A stretch of 64,000 bases of DNA, from positions 18,600,001-18,664,000 of the forward strand of contig CM060734.1 of the NCBI GenBank assembly GCA_030704615.1, in the 5' to 3' direction. Shown piece by piece: positions 1 through 12,600 of the stretch. Both the position numbers and the translations under genes were made by a program. The notes beneath the pieces were generated by a model, which did no database searches, was not told where the DNA came from, and was given only the letters and a program-made list of their open reading frames with translations. Source of the stretch: Takakia lepidozioides. Its lineage: Eukaryota > Plantae > Bryophyta. Every line of letters begins with the position of its first letter. Position 1 is the stretch's first letter.

Positions 1-362
1 TCCCTTGGAGTCAAAAGACTGTCTTAAAGATGGCACTCAACATACAAGTATGTGGATTTGACCTCATGGCCATTTGCAAGGCTGTGCCCTTACCAGTGGG
101 CCATCTGTTGGGTGCTCCCATACCTTTTAAAAATAAGGTAGAAGGGAATAGGGAAAGAGGAAAAGAATCTTACTGTTCATTTTTGGGAACATGAAGAGAA
201 GATAGGATTGATGAAGACCAAAAAAGAAATTGGCAGCAGTGGAGAGGAAGCACGGATACTGATAGCTACAAGAAAAACTATGGAGTTCAGAAGCAGCTGT
301 CAACTTTACTTCTACCACCTTTGGTTGACTTTGAAAAGCTGACGTGCCTTTCATGGGTGCAG

Positions 363-812
363 ATGGGTCAAAGGCCGCAGCTGCCAGCAGAACTAGATAA
401 GCTGGTCTCGCAGCCATACAACAAGAATGAATCAGCCACAGGCACAGCGGGTGACACAGAGAATCTGAGATTGTTAGTAAGACTCTTTTATTCATGCACT
501 GAGGCTAGCCCGCTCCAGCGACCCACTGCGAAAGAGGCATTTACAATTCTTTCAGGAGTGTTTGGACCCGCACCCAAAGCAGATGTGAATCCCGTTTTTG
601 GAGAGGTGGTTTTGGATGACACACTGCCAGTGCTGGTAGCTGGACCAAAGCTGGTTTTGTCACTGACTGATGAAGCAGTTGAGGATCCGGCTACCCTCTC
701 TGAACCTAATGTTCTCTGCAGTTGTGAGGTGAAGACCTGCAGTAGCTGTGAAGGAAGTAGTGCTCCTTACACAAGCAAGCTGGACACAACCGACTCTGTC
801 AGTGCAAAGTAA
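363..812 (+). CDS. Terminal coding exon of a protein kinase, resembling the C-terminus of plant LRR protein kinases (AT1G04210 type); the rest of the gene lies upstream of the window
   Basis: Acceptor gtgcAG at 361-362, then MGQRPQLPAELDKL...LVRLFYSCTEASPLQRPTAKEAFTIL (kinase subdomain X-XI: C..P..RP), stop at 810-812. The family assignment comes from recalled similarity. Confidence 0.6.
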   Translation: MGQRPQLPAELDKLVSQPYNKNESATGTAGDTENLRLLVRLFYSCTEASPLQRPTAKEAFTILSGVFGPAPKADVNPVFGEVVLDDTLPVLVAGPKLVLSLTDEAVEDPATLSEPNVLCSCEVKTCSSCEGSSAPYTSKLDTTDSVSAK

Positions 813-1028
813 ACATGAGAGCTTTGTAAATCTCGATTTGGGTAGGGTGACCGAGCGCGCAAGCTTTTCTTGGTCCTTAGTACACACAGTTGCCTTCTGT
901 TCTTAGGCCTCAAAAGTTTACCCTTTGAGTGGCCAATCATTCAGCTGAAGGGGGGCACAGCAAGAAGTCTAGATTAGGAGTGTTTTGTTGAAGGCCACAT
1001 ATTTCAGGGAAAGCACAGATGTTGCTCC

Positions 1029-1066
1029 CCTCAATATTAATCGCTCTCCTCAATATTAATCGCTCT
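1029..1066. repeat. Perfect 19-bp tandem duplication (CCTCAATATTAATCGCTCT x2)
   Basis: Copies at 1029-1047 and 1048-1066, just upstream of the L1 fragment. Confidence 0.9.
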
Positions 1067-1089
1067 AGATATGGCCATAGGGCTACGGC

Positions 1090-3509
1090 ATGGCAGACTC
1101 GCTGGGATATATGCTTCAGAGCAATAGGCTCATTACAGGCCTGCACATCACAAACTACATCACTCAGCAAAGAACCCACGTTATTGATTCTATGTTTGTG
1201 GACAATATCTTCTTGATGCTTCAAGCAAACAAGCAAAATCTGGACAGTGCTGGAAACACCCTGAACTCCTTCTGCGCAGCCTCTGGCTTTAAGGTGAACT
1301 GGCACAAAACTTCTGCCTTACTGGTGGGGGACCAATCTGCCTCTATGCTCGGAGACATCCCTTCCTGGGGTACGAACTATGGTCTCAAATGGCTAGGGCC
1401 AGGGGAATCCACTACCCTTCTCGGTTACACGTTTGGCATAGATCTCTCAGATGTCCAAAGATTCAAACCTATCCTAATCAAGCTGAAGCTCAAGTTAGCT
1501 TTCTGGGGTAGTAAGCATCTTTCCATAACTGGTAGGGTCTTGGCTGCTAACCAGATACTATCCGCTGGTATCTGGTACTATGCAGCTTCCTGGCGCCCTA
1601 ACGGCTCCCAGGTTCAGGAAGTTAAGGGGCTCATCAGGAGCTTCATTTGGGGGGCTGAAAGCTCGGCGGAGAAAAAAAGGCCTCAAGTGGCCTGGATCCA
1701 AATTTGTCTTCCCAAAAAAAAGGGCGGCCTGGGAATAATTGATCTGGAAACTCAGATTTCAGCGCTTTTGGCAAAATGGATCCCAAGATTCTTGGGTCCA
1801 GAAGGAGGGTTGTGGAAGTTCCTTGTGTATGACAATATTACCCTCTCCTCTCCTTTAAAGATCACGATTTGGAAGCCATCCCTTCGATGGATAACCCAGG
1901 GTTTCAAGCTCAAATCAGAAGGATCCCAACTGTGGTCAAGCATTTGGCAAGCTTGGGGAAGGATGCGCCAGTTCCTTCAAAAGAATCCAACATCTTCATT
2001 CTATGAGGTGCTTCGTCAACACCTCTTCATGAACACCAACAATCCTAAACCCCCAGCAAAAACAGCACGCTAATTGCTGGGTAGCTTGGGACCGTCTCGG
2101 TATCAGCCAGATACACAATATCTGGGTGAACACAGGATTCCAATCTCAAGAGAATATAGCACTAGCAGTTGGCTCTGTGAGGACAACAAATGGTTATCAG
2201 GCAGTTAAGGATTCTATACCTACCCACTGGTTGGCTATCCTCAACTCTGGACCACTGGCTCCATCTCTCCCCTCTGGGCTCTTTCCATTCTCGATGGTTG
2301 TCTGACCATATTATTTGTAAAAGACTCATCTCCCTCCCACCATTCAGTCTTTCCCTTTGCTATAGATACCATGTCACTATCCCTTTCTCTATTGTCCTCA
2401 AACCATATAAACATCCCCCCCTCTTACTCCTGTGCGCATCTGTTGCTGGTCTCTTCCTGGCAAACTCCTGGATCCTAAACCTGATCTCCTGACACCCCTG
2501 GTGCAATGGCTGGAAGACAATACCTTTGTTTGGATTCTGGGCCGGCCATTGGCAGTGATTGTTGTACTGCTGGTATTATGGAGTCTCTGGAGCATTGTCT
2601 CCTTTTTTGTCAGGCCCCCGCCAAGATCTGGCCTCTGGTGATAACCTTCTACAGGAACTGGGATAACAAATCTCTTTCTATTCTAGATCTGCTGCTCAAT
2701 TACGATAGGAATACCAAGCAGAGATCTCTTAAATGTCCTGTTTTTGAGACTCTTCGCAGTTCCACCCTGTGGCACCTTTGGAAGGCTCGCTGCAGGAAGA
2801 CCTTTTCAGGGGCGATCTCCGCCCTTCTTGCTTGTGTGTTTTATGACCTAGGGGTAGAGTCAAGAAAAGCCTGGTGCAAAATGTGTGCAGATGTTGAGCG
2901 AAACTCCGGAAACGCGGCAGCCATCCACTCTGCCTTCCGAGAGTCCTGGGGCAAGCAGGGTCTTATCTGCCACACCACTGCGTTGGACACCTGCAGCTGG
3001 TCCGAGCTCCCTCCCCCTGGCTGGCGGGATCTACGCTCGCCCCTCCATTGTCTCCCCCGAATATGAACGAGATATCAATTGGAAGCATTTGAAGCCATCG
3101 TCTTCGGCCTCCAGGCTTCACTATACATAGGGTTCTCTTTTCATCATGATTACCCTCGAAATTATGCCTTTCTAAGCATGCTTAGATTAGACGCTCAATC
3201 GAGCTTCTGGTCTGCTCTCACCTTGGACAATTATTAAGTTTAAAATACTTGTTCCATCGACCTTCTCTCTTAGCTCGGCTCAGATCGTAGGCTTTAGGTG
3301 CAGCTCTTTAAGCTGCTTTCAAGGACACGGGATTAGCATCTTCGTGATTTTCTTTCTTGAAATCTCTCCAGGTGAGAGGTAGGGATCTGTTTACAGTGCT
3401 TGCAGTGGGTGCCTTATAGCGTATCAGGGGTTTTAATTTTTTTCCCCTCAGTAATTATGAATAAACTAATCAGGGCCTTCCACTGTTCTTTTATTATTTT
3501 AAAAAAAAA
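1090..3509 (+). mobile_element. 5'-truncated, decayed L1-clade LINE (ORF2 RT C-terminal half, 3' UTR and A-tail)
   Basis: ORF 1090-2073 has degenerate FADD (MFVDN), ASGFKVNWHKT, GRVLAANQIL and W.QICLPKKKGGLGI. The frameshifted C-terminus (LWHLWKARC) ends at 3066. AATAAA near 3459, A9 run at 3501-3509. No TSD found. Confidence 0.85.
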
Positions 3510-3566
3510 TCTTTTCAATACCCGGACCCGGCTGGTATTAGAAAAAGTAATACCCACCCAACACTG
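3510..3566. mobile_element. Right end of a hAT-family MITE related to 54529-55034
   Basis: CCGGACCCGG...TATTA(G)AAAAA...CCCAACACTG aligns with 54989-55034. The next 8 bp (GTGTGGAG) fit the nTnnnnAn hAT target consensus. No left end is visible. Confidence 0.65.
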
Positions 3567-3694
3567 GTGTGGAGCACGGTATGGATTGTGGATATATTGG
3601 GCATCCGGTATTTGTGGGGGGATGAATATTGTTGATGGCACCCCTGCACCTGAGTTCTACAACATAACGTAAACCAGAATAGCATACAAGTAGA

Positions 3695-6600
3695 CTATGC
3701 TATAACAGTAGCTTGGGATTTGCCTAGATGGTTCATAGCGTCCATGCCCGGTGGAATGAAGACTATATCTCCCCAGCCCGTGTCCTCCTCATTGCTCTGC
3801 CCAAAAACAAACAAAATGATGAGAAGTTAACTAAAAAAGTCATGATCTATGGGCATGCACGACACAGACCATGCATCCAAACTTCATGATATGTTCCTCA
3901 GACATACGCATGATAAGGCCCTGCATTCAATGTTTGCCTCAGAAACCCAAAATAGTTGGGATACTTGGAAGAAGGACAATCTCATGTTAACAACGCCCGC
4001 CATGAGCACAAACCAAGCAAAGTCAGAGCAGAATGTTAGAGAGTACAAGTAAAATTTCAGTTTACAGAAAGGGAGGGGGTCAGAGAGAGACAGTACCTCC
4101 ATCCTCTTCAGTACATCCTCAAAGCTGCCCACCTGCCCAGCCACAAATGACAACAATACATTTAGCTGTCCAACTGAAGGCTTCTTGCCAAGTCGAGCAC
4201 AAGTGCCAAACAAAAATACAAAGGTTTTTCCTTGAAACTTCCCTTCTGAGAATTCTCAGAACATGTCATGTCCTCGTATGACTGCTTCAACTGGAAGCGC
4301 TCCGTAAATCATGTACTCTGTAATAACTTTTTGTTACCAATATTTTGAGGTCTGTGCAACAAGGAACAAAGAGGCACCTGGACATCTGTATTGACCCGCA
4401 AAGCCGGGTTTACTCTCTGTTGCTGTTTGAAAGCTCTCCCAAGAGCATTCTCTAAATCTTCCTGTTGACAAAGAACCAAGCAAAAACATGCATGTCAATT
4501 TCAAACAAGCTCATTAAACACCCGTAACCATGAAATTGCAATATGAACTGCCAGTACCAGTTCCCACAGAGTGATCACTGCAGCAGCAAACCCAACCTGG
4601 AACTGCTAGACCTACCTATATGTTGAATATCCCCCATGTCATGCAGCCTCCCTAGGAAAATCATCAACATTCTGAAAAAGAAAGTGGAGAAGGAGAGGAT
4701 CAAACCTTGCAGAAGAAGATAGGGCAGAAGCGCCGGTTGTTACTCCTCAGAATTAGGTTGCCAGACTGCAAAAAAAGCAGTTTACACTCAGACCTCTGAC
4801 CTCCCAGCAAGCCATATTTATGCTGTCTAGTCAGTGGTATGCAGTACCAGCAGGATATTTCCAAAATCATCAATTTACTGGAAGGTTACTAAGTCCTCCC
4901 AAGCCATGGCTCGATGATAGCCTCATTATGTTCATCGGCTAGAGCTAGTGCCACCCTTCATCTTCAATGCAATTATTTGCAACACGCCATATACAAAGAA
5001 ACAAATTCACTCCAATAGCTTACCTGGAAGACTGGCACCCCGTCAAATGCTCTCCCTAGATCGCCTGCCTTAGCTCTTGCCTGTGCCCAAATGACATACA
5101 CATTTGAAGCTTGAACCCTGTCTCCTTCCCTCCTCTTTGGTTAAGTGCAAAGGGTCACTCTTTAGTACATTCATGACTGTCATGTTTGAAATAAGCATAT
5201 CTTTTGAAGTTGCAAGGACCTGCACTTGTCACATGCAAGAGAGGTCAACTTACCTCAAGTGCATTTTTCACTTGCTGTGGGTCAGGTAGAAACCGGAATG
5301 CAATGCCCTCTGTGTTGAGCTGGTACACCTGTCAAAAATCATGCACTAAATCTCCTAATATGTAACCACAGGAATATATGAAGAGTCTCTTGCTTAGTTA
5401 TTACTATGAGCCTGGACCTCAATCTCAAATCACGGCATGACAAGGAACCCCATGTTGTGCATTTCTGGCAATCCCCTCCACAAAATATTTTGTTGCATCT
5501 AAGAGCTGCCATGCCCAGCCTCCAAAGACTTCATGATACACTGCTGATGGAGGGTATTTTGTTCAACTGTGGAAGGTAGGAAGTCCTGTAAGCTGGCATG
5601 CACACAACTAAATTGAGACCACAAAACAAACCAACTTGAAAGGTTCAACAATGTGTTATCACAAGAACATAAAGTAAGCACTGCGATTTCCAATCATGCC
5701 CTACATGTCACAACTAATGGGAAAATTCGTGCACAAAATGTCACCTTGTCAAGTGATACAGCAACCACTTTTGCCCCACGACCTAAAGATGGCTCTCGAT
5801 CTCTGACCTGCTCAAAGAAAAAGACAACATGAGAAATTAAGATGTTCCAAGCTAACTGCATTACATGTAACAAAGAAAACCAAGGGATTGCACTAGTGCC
5901 CCATCTGTGTGATACTGTAAATGTGCGGGTATGAAGAGAATGTACTCATAGGATGTTGGCTACGGATAGAGAATGTACACATAAGACTTTGTTTGGCGTA
6001 GCCTTGTGGCCATAGACACTGCGCCCAGTTTGGACGGAAACATAGGGAATAGGCACTCAGAGAGAATGTACTCATAAGACGTTGTTTGCCGTAGCCTTGT
6101 GGCCATTGACCTCGCGCCCAGTTTGAGCGGAACACAAAGGGACAGAACCTACCTTTGTCAGGGGCTGACGCCGGTGGTAAGAAATAAACAATTGATCCAG
6201 GTTTTCCAGATATCCTCTAGAAATCCCTTCACACAAGCATCAATCTGCTGTGTGTGGTTTGCCCAATAACTAGGCCCCAAAAGGGCCTAGGCCTTTGGCT
6301 CAGCCTCGAGACTTTCAAAGTTGGTAAACAGAGGTACAGGCACAATTCCCTTGATAGATTTGAGGAGAGTGTCTCTCTGGTGAGAGAACCGCGGACAATG
6401 AATCAGAAAATGAATATTGTCTTCAGGTTGCCCACACAACGGCCAATTGCATTCTCCCTTTCCTCTCTGCTTCTGTTTGCTGTTCAAAGGTACACTTCTC
6501 GACCTGAGTTTAAATTTCAGTCTAGTGCCAAGAGTGGGTAGACCCTTGAGGTCATCCAAGATGTCCTCCCCCATATCACAGACTGGAAACAAGTTCAGGG

Positions 6601-9600
6601 AAGTTTTCTGCCTAACTTCATTTTCATCAGACAATTTCCTGGCAACAGACATGGCTTTGGACACTACAGCCTCTAAGTCAGATTAATCCAGCAGGGTCAA
6701 GACTTGCAGATTGAGATTCAGTCCTTGAGAATCTCTTCTACTCTCTTCTGCCAGGACTTAGCCTGTTTGACTGGGCGATCCTGTTTCCAAGATATAGAGT
6801 CGAGGATATCTGATGTTGGACATATGTTGCAGCTGACCCACCATCTGACCTTGAATTCATCTCGTCGGAAGCTTAAAGAAGGGATGCCAAACTCACCCCG
6901 AACAGCCACATCGGCTGTTTTGGAGCATGCTGACATGCACTCCTTAAGCACCCCCACTTGAATGGATTCTACAGACTTAGCCTGGTTGGAGTTATCAACC
7001 CATATTGCAGATGCGTACTCCAAGGCAGGTCTAATAATGCGACAAAGCATGACCTCAGAGTTGATCCCGCTGCAGTGGAAAAATTTAGTGAGATCCAGCG
7101 CTTTGCGCTTGCCAGTTTGAACAACTTTCTGAATATGTGCATCCCGAATACAGTTGGAGGAAAACTCAACGCCCAGGTATGTGTAGGAAGGGAGGACCGG
7201 AATCTCTGGCAACCCCACTGCCACTTGAGATCACTTCCTCCCTCTCCTCGGTCGTTGAATGCCACCACTGCACATTTACTGACGCTAGCCTCTAGCCCCC
7301 AAATGTCAAAGTATCTCTTCGCGCAATCAATCAACTCCTGGAGGTTGCAAGGAGTCTCCCCTATGCATGCGAAGTCATCCGCAAACATAAGGGCTGGTAT
7401 GGTGGCATCACCCACCCTTAACCCAAATCCCTCACTTTCCACATCCTCGAGGAGTTGATTGATGAAAACATTGAAGAGCAGAGGGGAGAGGGTACATCCT
7501 TGAGCTACACCTTGGTCTATGTAGTTAGACTTCTGTCCATTAAGAGAGAGACAACTTTTGGTGTGAGCATACAAGTTATGGACAACTCTCCACATCTTTC
7601 CCTTGATCCCACATGACCTGAGTCGGAGCCATAGACCATCTCTCCACACTGTGTCATAAGCCTTTTTGACATCCAAGAAAAATACAAAAGTGGGCTTCCC
7701 TTCCCTTTTCCTTCCCTGGATAATCTGGCTTAGAGTGAAGATATGATCCACACAGCCCCTGTTTTGCCGAAAGCCAGCTTGGCCTTCGTGGAAACAACCT
7801 CTAGATTCCAGATCAACCTCGAGAAGAGTACTTATAACTTTACAAAATATCTTGCCAACTGCATTGAGGAGCGTGATGCCTCGGTAGTTCCCCAGTTCTT
7901 CTATGTCACCCTTCTTGCATAGATTGACAATGACCCCCTGTCGCCAGCGAAAGGGGATCTTTTCAATCCTCCATAAGGTCAACCAGAATCTCTTGTCATT
8001 ACCACCATGGTGGTTTGAGTTTATTTCACTGTATAGCTTGTCCCAGTACAATTTCTTCTGAGACCTTACAAGCTGATTGATATCTTTGCAGATCTGCTAG
8101 TACTTAGCCCACAGTTCTTTGTTGGTATTCAGATTGCAGCACTCTTTATAGATCGTCTCTCAGCTATCTTGAGTTTAATCTCATTGGTCCACCAATTCAC
8201 AGCTCCAGTTTGGGCTTTCTCACGCGTCCACTGCACTTTGTCTGCTTTTGACCTATTATTCAAGGTCAAAAGCTGAAGTTCTTCGAGACAGTTAGAGTTC
8301 TACCATTAGAGTTCAGCTCGTCCTCACCAAAAGGCCCAATGGTATCATCCTGATGAAGACCTTTGCCCACCCGGGCATTGAAGCCACCAAATAAGACCAC
8401 CTGACCCTTGGCGAGGAACTTAGCACAGTCCAGCCTTACGTCTTCGAAGGCTTTGTCTGCGTCAGCACTAAGGGTCCCCTCTGTGGGCATGTAAACACAA
8501 CCCACAAACAGGTCTTTCGTATTCACGCCGCCCTTCAATTTCAGTTGTAGCCAAATACTGTGGTCATACCGCAGACCCTTGTTGATAATTCCACAATTGT
8601 CACACAAGAAATCACGGACAAAGAAGCCAACCCCTTTTTGACCACGTTTGGCAGAGGCTGCCTTAAGAGCACACATATTACCGATCCACTTATAACCCTT
8701 GACATCTCCAACCAGTTTGTCCGAAGTTTCCCATGTTTCTTGCCGAGCACAGATATGGATATCATTTGCCCGAAGAACTTGTCCCACTTCGAATTGTTTC
8801 CTTTGGTTAGTCAGCCCTGAGAAATTGAAAGTGCCCAGCCACAAGCCAGCCCTTTGCAAATGAATTGTTTGTCGTCTAGGTAGCCTATGGTTGCTCCTGG
8901 ATGGCCAACCGTTCTGCAAAGGGGGGACGATTACCCCATGTGTAGATTTTGCTCGTCTTGTGTAAAAGAGAGAGAATGTACTCATAAGACGTTGTTTGCC
9001 ATAGCCTTGTGGCCATTGACCCCGCGCCCAGTTTGAGCGGAAACCAAAGGGACAGAACCTACCTCTGTCAGGGGCTGACATTGGTAGTAAGACTTACCTT
9101 TATACATAGAATTGATCGGGTTTTCAGGATATCCTCTAGAAATCCCCTCACACAAGCATCAATCTGCTGTGTGTGATTTGCCCAAAAACTAGGCCTCAGA
9201 AGGGCCTGGGCTTTTGGCTCAGCCTCGAGACTTTCAAAGTTGGCAAACAGAGGTACAGGCACAATTCTCTTGATAGATTGGAGGAGAGCTTCTCTCTGGT
9301 GAGAGTACCCCGGACAGTGAATCAGAAAATGAATATTGTCTTCGGGTTGCCCACACAACGGGCAATTGCACTCTCCCTTTCCTCTCTGCTTCTGTTTACT
9401 GTTCAAAGGTAGGCTTCCTGCCAATTTCAGTCTGGTGCCGAGAGTGGGTAGACCCTTGAGGTCATCCATGATCTCCTCCCCCATGTCACAGACTGGAAAC
9501 AGGTTCAGGGAAGTTTTCTGCCTAACTTCATTTGCATCAGAAAAATTTCTGGTAACAGACATGGCTTTGGACACTACAGCCTCTAAGTCAGATTTATCCA

Positions 9601-12600
9601 GCAAGGTCAAGACTTGCGGGTCCAGATTCAGATCCTTGAGAATCTCTTCTACTCTCTTCTGCCAGGACTTAGCCTGTTTGACAGGGCGGTCCTGTTTCCA
9701 AGATATAGAGTCGATTAACTTAGGGTATCTGGTGTTGGACATGTGTTGCAACTGACCCCACCATCTGACCTTGAATTCATCTCGTCGGGAGCTTAAGGAA
9801 GGGATGCCAAACTCACCCCGAACAGCCACATCGGCTGTTTTGGAGCATGCTGACATGCACTCCTTAAGCACCCCCACTTGAATGGTTTCGAGAGACTTAG
9901 CCTGGTTGGAGGTATCAACCCATATAGCAGATCCGTACTCCAGTGCAGGTCTAATAACGCGGCAAAGCAACGTTTTCTTGACCTCAGAGTTAATCCCTCT
10001 GCAGTGGAAAAATTTAGTGAGACTCAGCGCATTGCCCTTGCCAGTTTGAACAACTTTCTGGATATGTGCATCCCAGTTACAGTTGGAGGAAAACTCAATG
10101 CCGAGGTATGTGTAGGAAGAGAGGACTGGAATCTCTTGGCTACCCCACTGCCACTTAAGATTACTTCCTCCCTCTCCTCTGTCGTTGAATGCCACCACTG
10201 CACATTTACTGACATTAGCCTCTAGCCCCCAAAGATCAAAGTATCTCTCCGCGCAATCAATCAATTCCTGGAGGTTGGAAGGAGTCTCCCCTATGCCTGC
10301 TAAGTCATCCGCAAACATAAGGGCTGGAATGGTGGCATCACCCACCCTGAACCCAAATCCCTCACTTTCCACATCCTCGAGGAGTTGATTGATGAAAACA
10401 TTGAAGAGCAGAGGGGAGAGGGTACATCCTTGAGCTACACCTTGGTCTATGTCAAAGAAGTTAGACTTCTGTCCATTAACAGTGACATAGCTTTTGGTGT
10501 GAGCATACATGTTATGGACAACTCTCCACATTTTTCCCTTGATTCCGCAAGACCAGAGGCGGAGCCATAGACCATCTCTCCACACTGTGTCATAAGCCTT
10601 TCCAAGAAAAAAACATAAGTGGGTTTCCCTTCTTTTTTTCCTTCCCTGGATAATCTGGCTTAGAGTGAAGATATGGTCCACACAGCCCCTGTTTCGCCGA
10701 AAGCCAGCTTGGCCTTTGTGAAAACAACCTCTAGATTCCAGATCCACCTCGAGACGAGTACTTATGAAAAACAGAAGGGAGATTGGTTGATAATGTGTAC
10801 AAGAACCACCAAGTACACTGGTCTAAATCAGAGAGGGAAGATACTTATGTCTCGTCGAGACATGGACAAAGACCTGACAAGGTCATTGTAAAATTAACGA
10901 CAAATCAGCCTCATTATCAACCATTCTTCATTCACAAGTCAGCTTTATGACAAATCCCAGACTTCAAAGTCAACGAAGTCTCTGGGTGGGAGGGGGGGTG
11001 GGGAAAATTAGAGACTCGATTACCACTGTTCATAGCAGGAAACCGTTGTTCAGCATGCTAAAAAGTGCCATTCATGACATGCCATGTCATTCAGTCTGTA
11101 TTTTTTGGTCAGCTTACATACCAAGGCATAACCAACCATCCTAATGTAGGGCAGACCTGTTTTCATGACCAGACAGTGTTCTTGAATGTACAAGCATTGG
11201 AAACTTAGCCTCTTTTAGAAGCCGGTTACTCTAGGACACTTGATACCATGCCAAACTGATATGGATGGATCTTTTGTGGCCAAGATTTACTAACACCTTG
11301 GTCTGAGCATGACAAAAGGTTATCAAATATGTTCCTGATTGAAGTGATGAACCCAAGGCAATGGGAAGGCCAAAGCCATGAGATATCAGCCTCCTCTCCC
11401 GCCATGACCACGGTGTGGAGCAAGGAAGTCCTATCTTGCCAACAGCATTGAGAAGCGTGATGCCACGGTAGTTCCCCGGGTCTTCTCTGTCACCCTTCTT
11501 AAATAGATTGACAATGACCCCCTGTCGCCAGCGAAAGGGGATCATTTCAGTCTTCCAGATAAGGTTAAAGAGGAGAACTAGGGCCTCTATCATGGGATCG
11601 CCGCCGTGCTTGATAAGCTCGTTGACTATGCCATCAGGACCACCTGCTTTATATCCATTTAGATGTTCAATTGCTTCCACAATCTCAGAAGAACTAATGG
11701 GAGCGTTGTAGGCTTTTGAAATATACTCCAGTTCATCAGGGCTGTTTTGAATCATAGGAACAGTTTTACCAACTGTGTCCTTCCATTCATCAGAGGACAC
11801 CTCACTGTTAGCCCTAGAAGTTCTGCCAAGGATACTGTAGTGGGTTTCAAAGGTTTTGACAATGTCAACCGATGAAGTTACCACTGCACCCTTAGTAGTC
11901 TTCAACCTTGTACTTGCTGACAGCTTTTCGGCTTGTACAAACGTTGAAGGGCCAACCAGAATCTCTTGTCATTACCACCATGGTGGTTTGAGTTTATTTC
12001 ACTGTATAACTTGTCCCAGTATAGTTTCTTCTGAGCCCTTACAAGCTGATTGATATCTTTACGGATCTGGTAGTACCTCGCCCACAATTCTTTATTGGTT
12101 TTTAAATTGCAGCACTCTTTATAAAGGACTCGTCTCTCAGCTATCTTGAGTTTAATCTCATTGGTCCACCAATTAACAGCTCTACCGCAGACAATTAGTT
12201 TCCTCCCAATGATCTTGTCAGCCGTAGAGGAGACGAAACTCTCCCAAGAATCCAATGCTCTTTCGACTTCATTTCTTACATTGTCAGCGCGAGACTGAAG
12301 GTCTTAGAGCGAGTGGACAAAATGAGGGAGAGCCTCTTGCAAGGCCTGGACATACTCAGCCTTGACCTCTTCATTATGGAATTTTTCTATGCGCCACTTC
12401 CGAATCGAACGTTTCACAGATCTCTTGGTGTTGGGAAAACACCTTTTGATCTCAGTCCAAACCAGGAAGTGGTCAGAGGTACCAATATCAGTTCTGTCGA
12501 TCAACACATTGGCACTCTGGGGAAACAAATTTTTGTCCATTATGATATAATCCACAATGGAACGTTCCCCAGTTTGGGCTTTCTCACGCGTCCACTGCAC

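Noticed and set aside
5934-6120. CRISPR-like array of recurring ~30-bp motifs
   Set aside because: Eukaryotic locus; the repeats are LINE 3' termini with irregular spacing.
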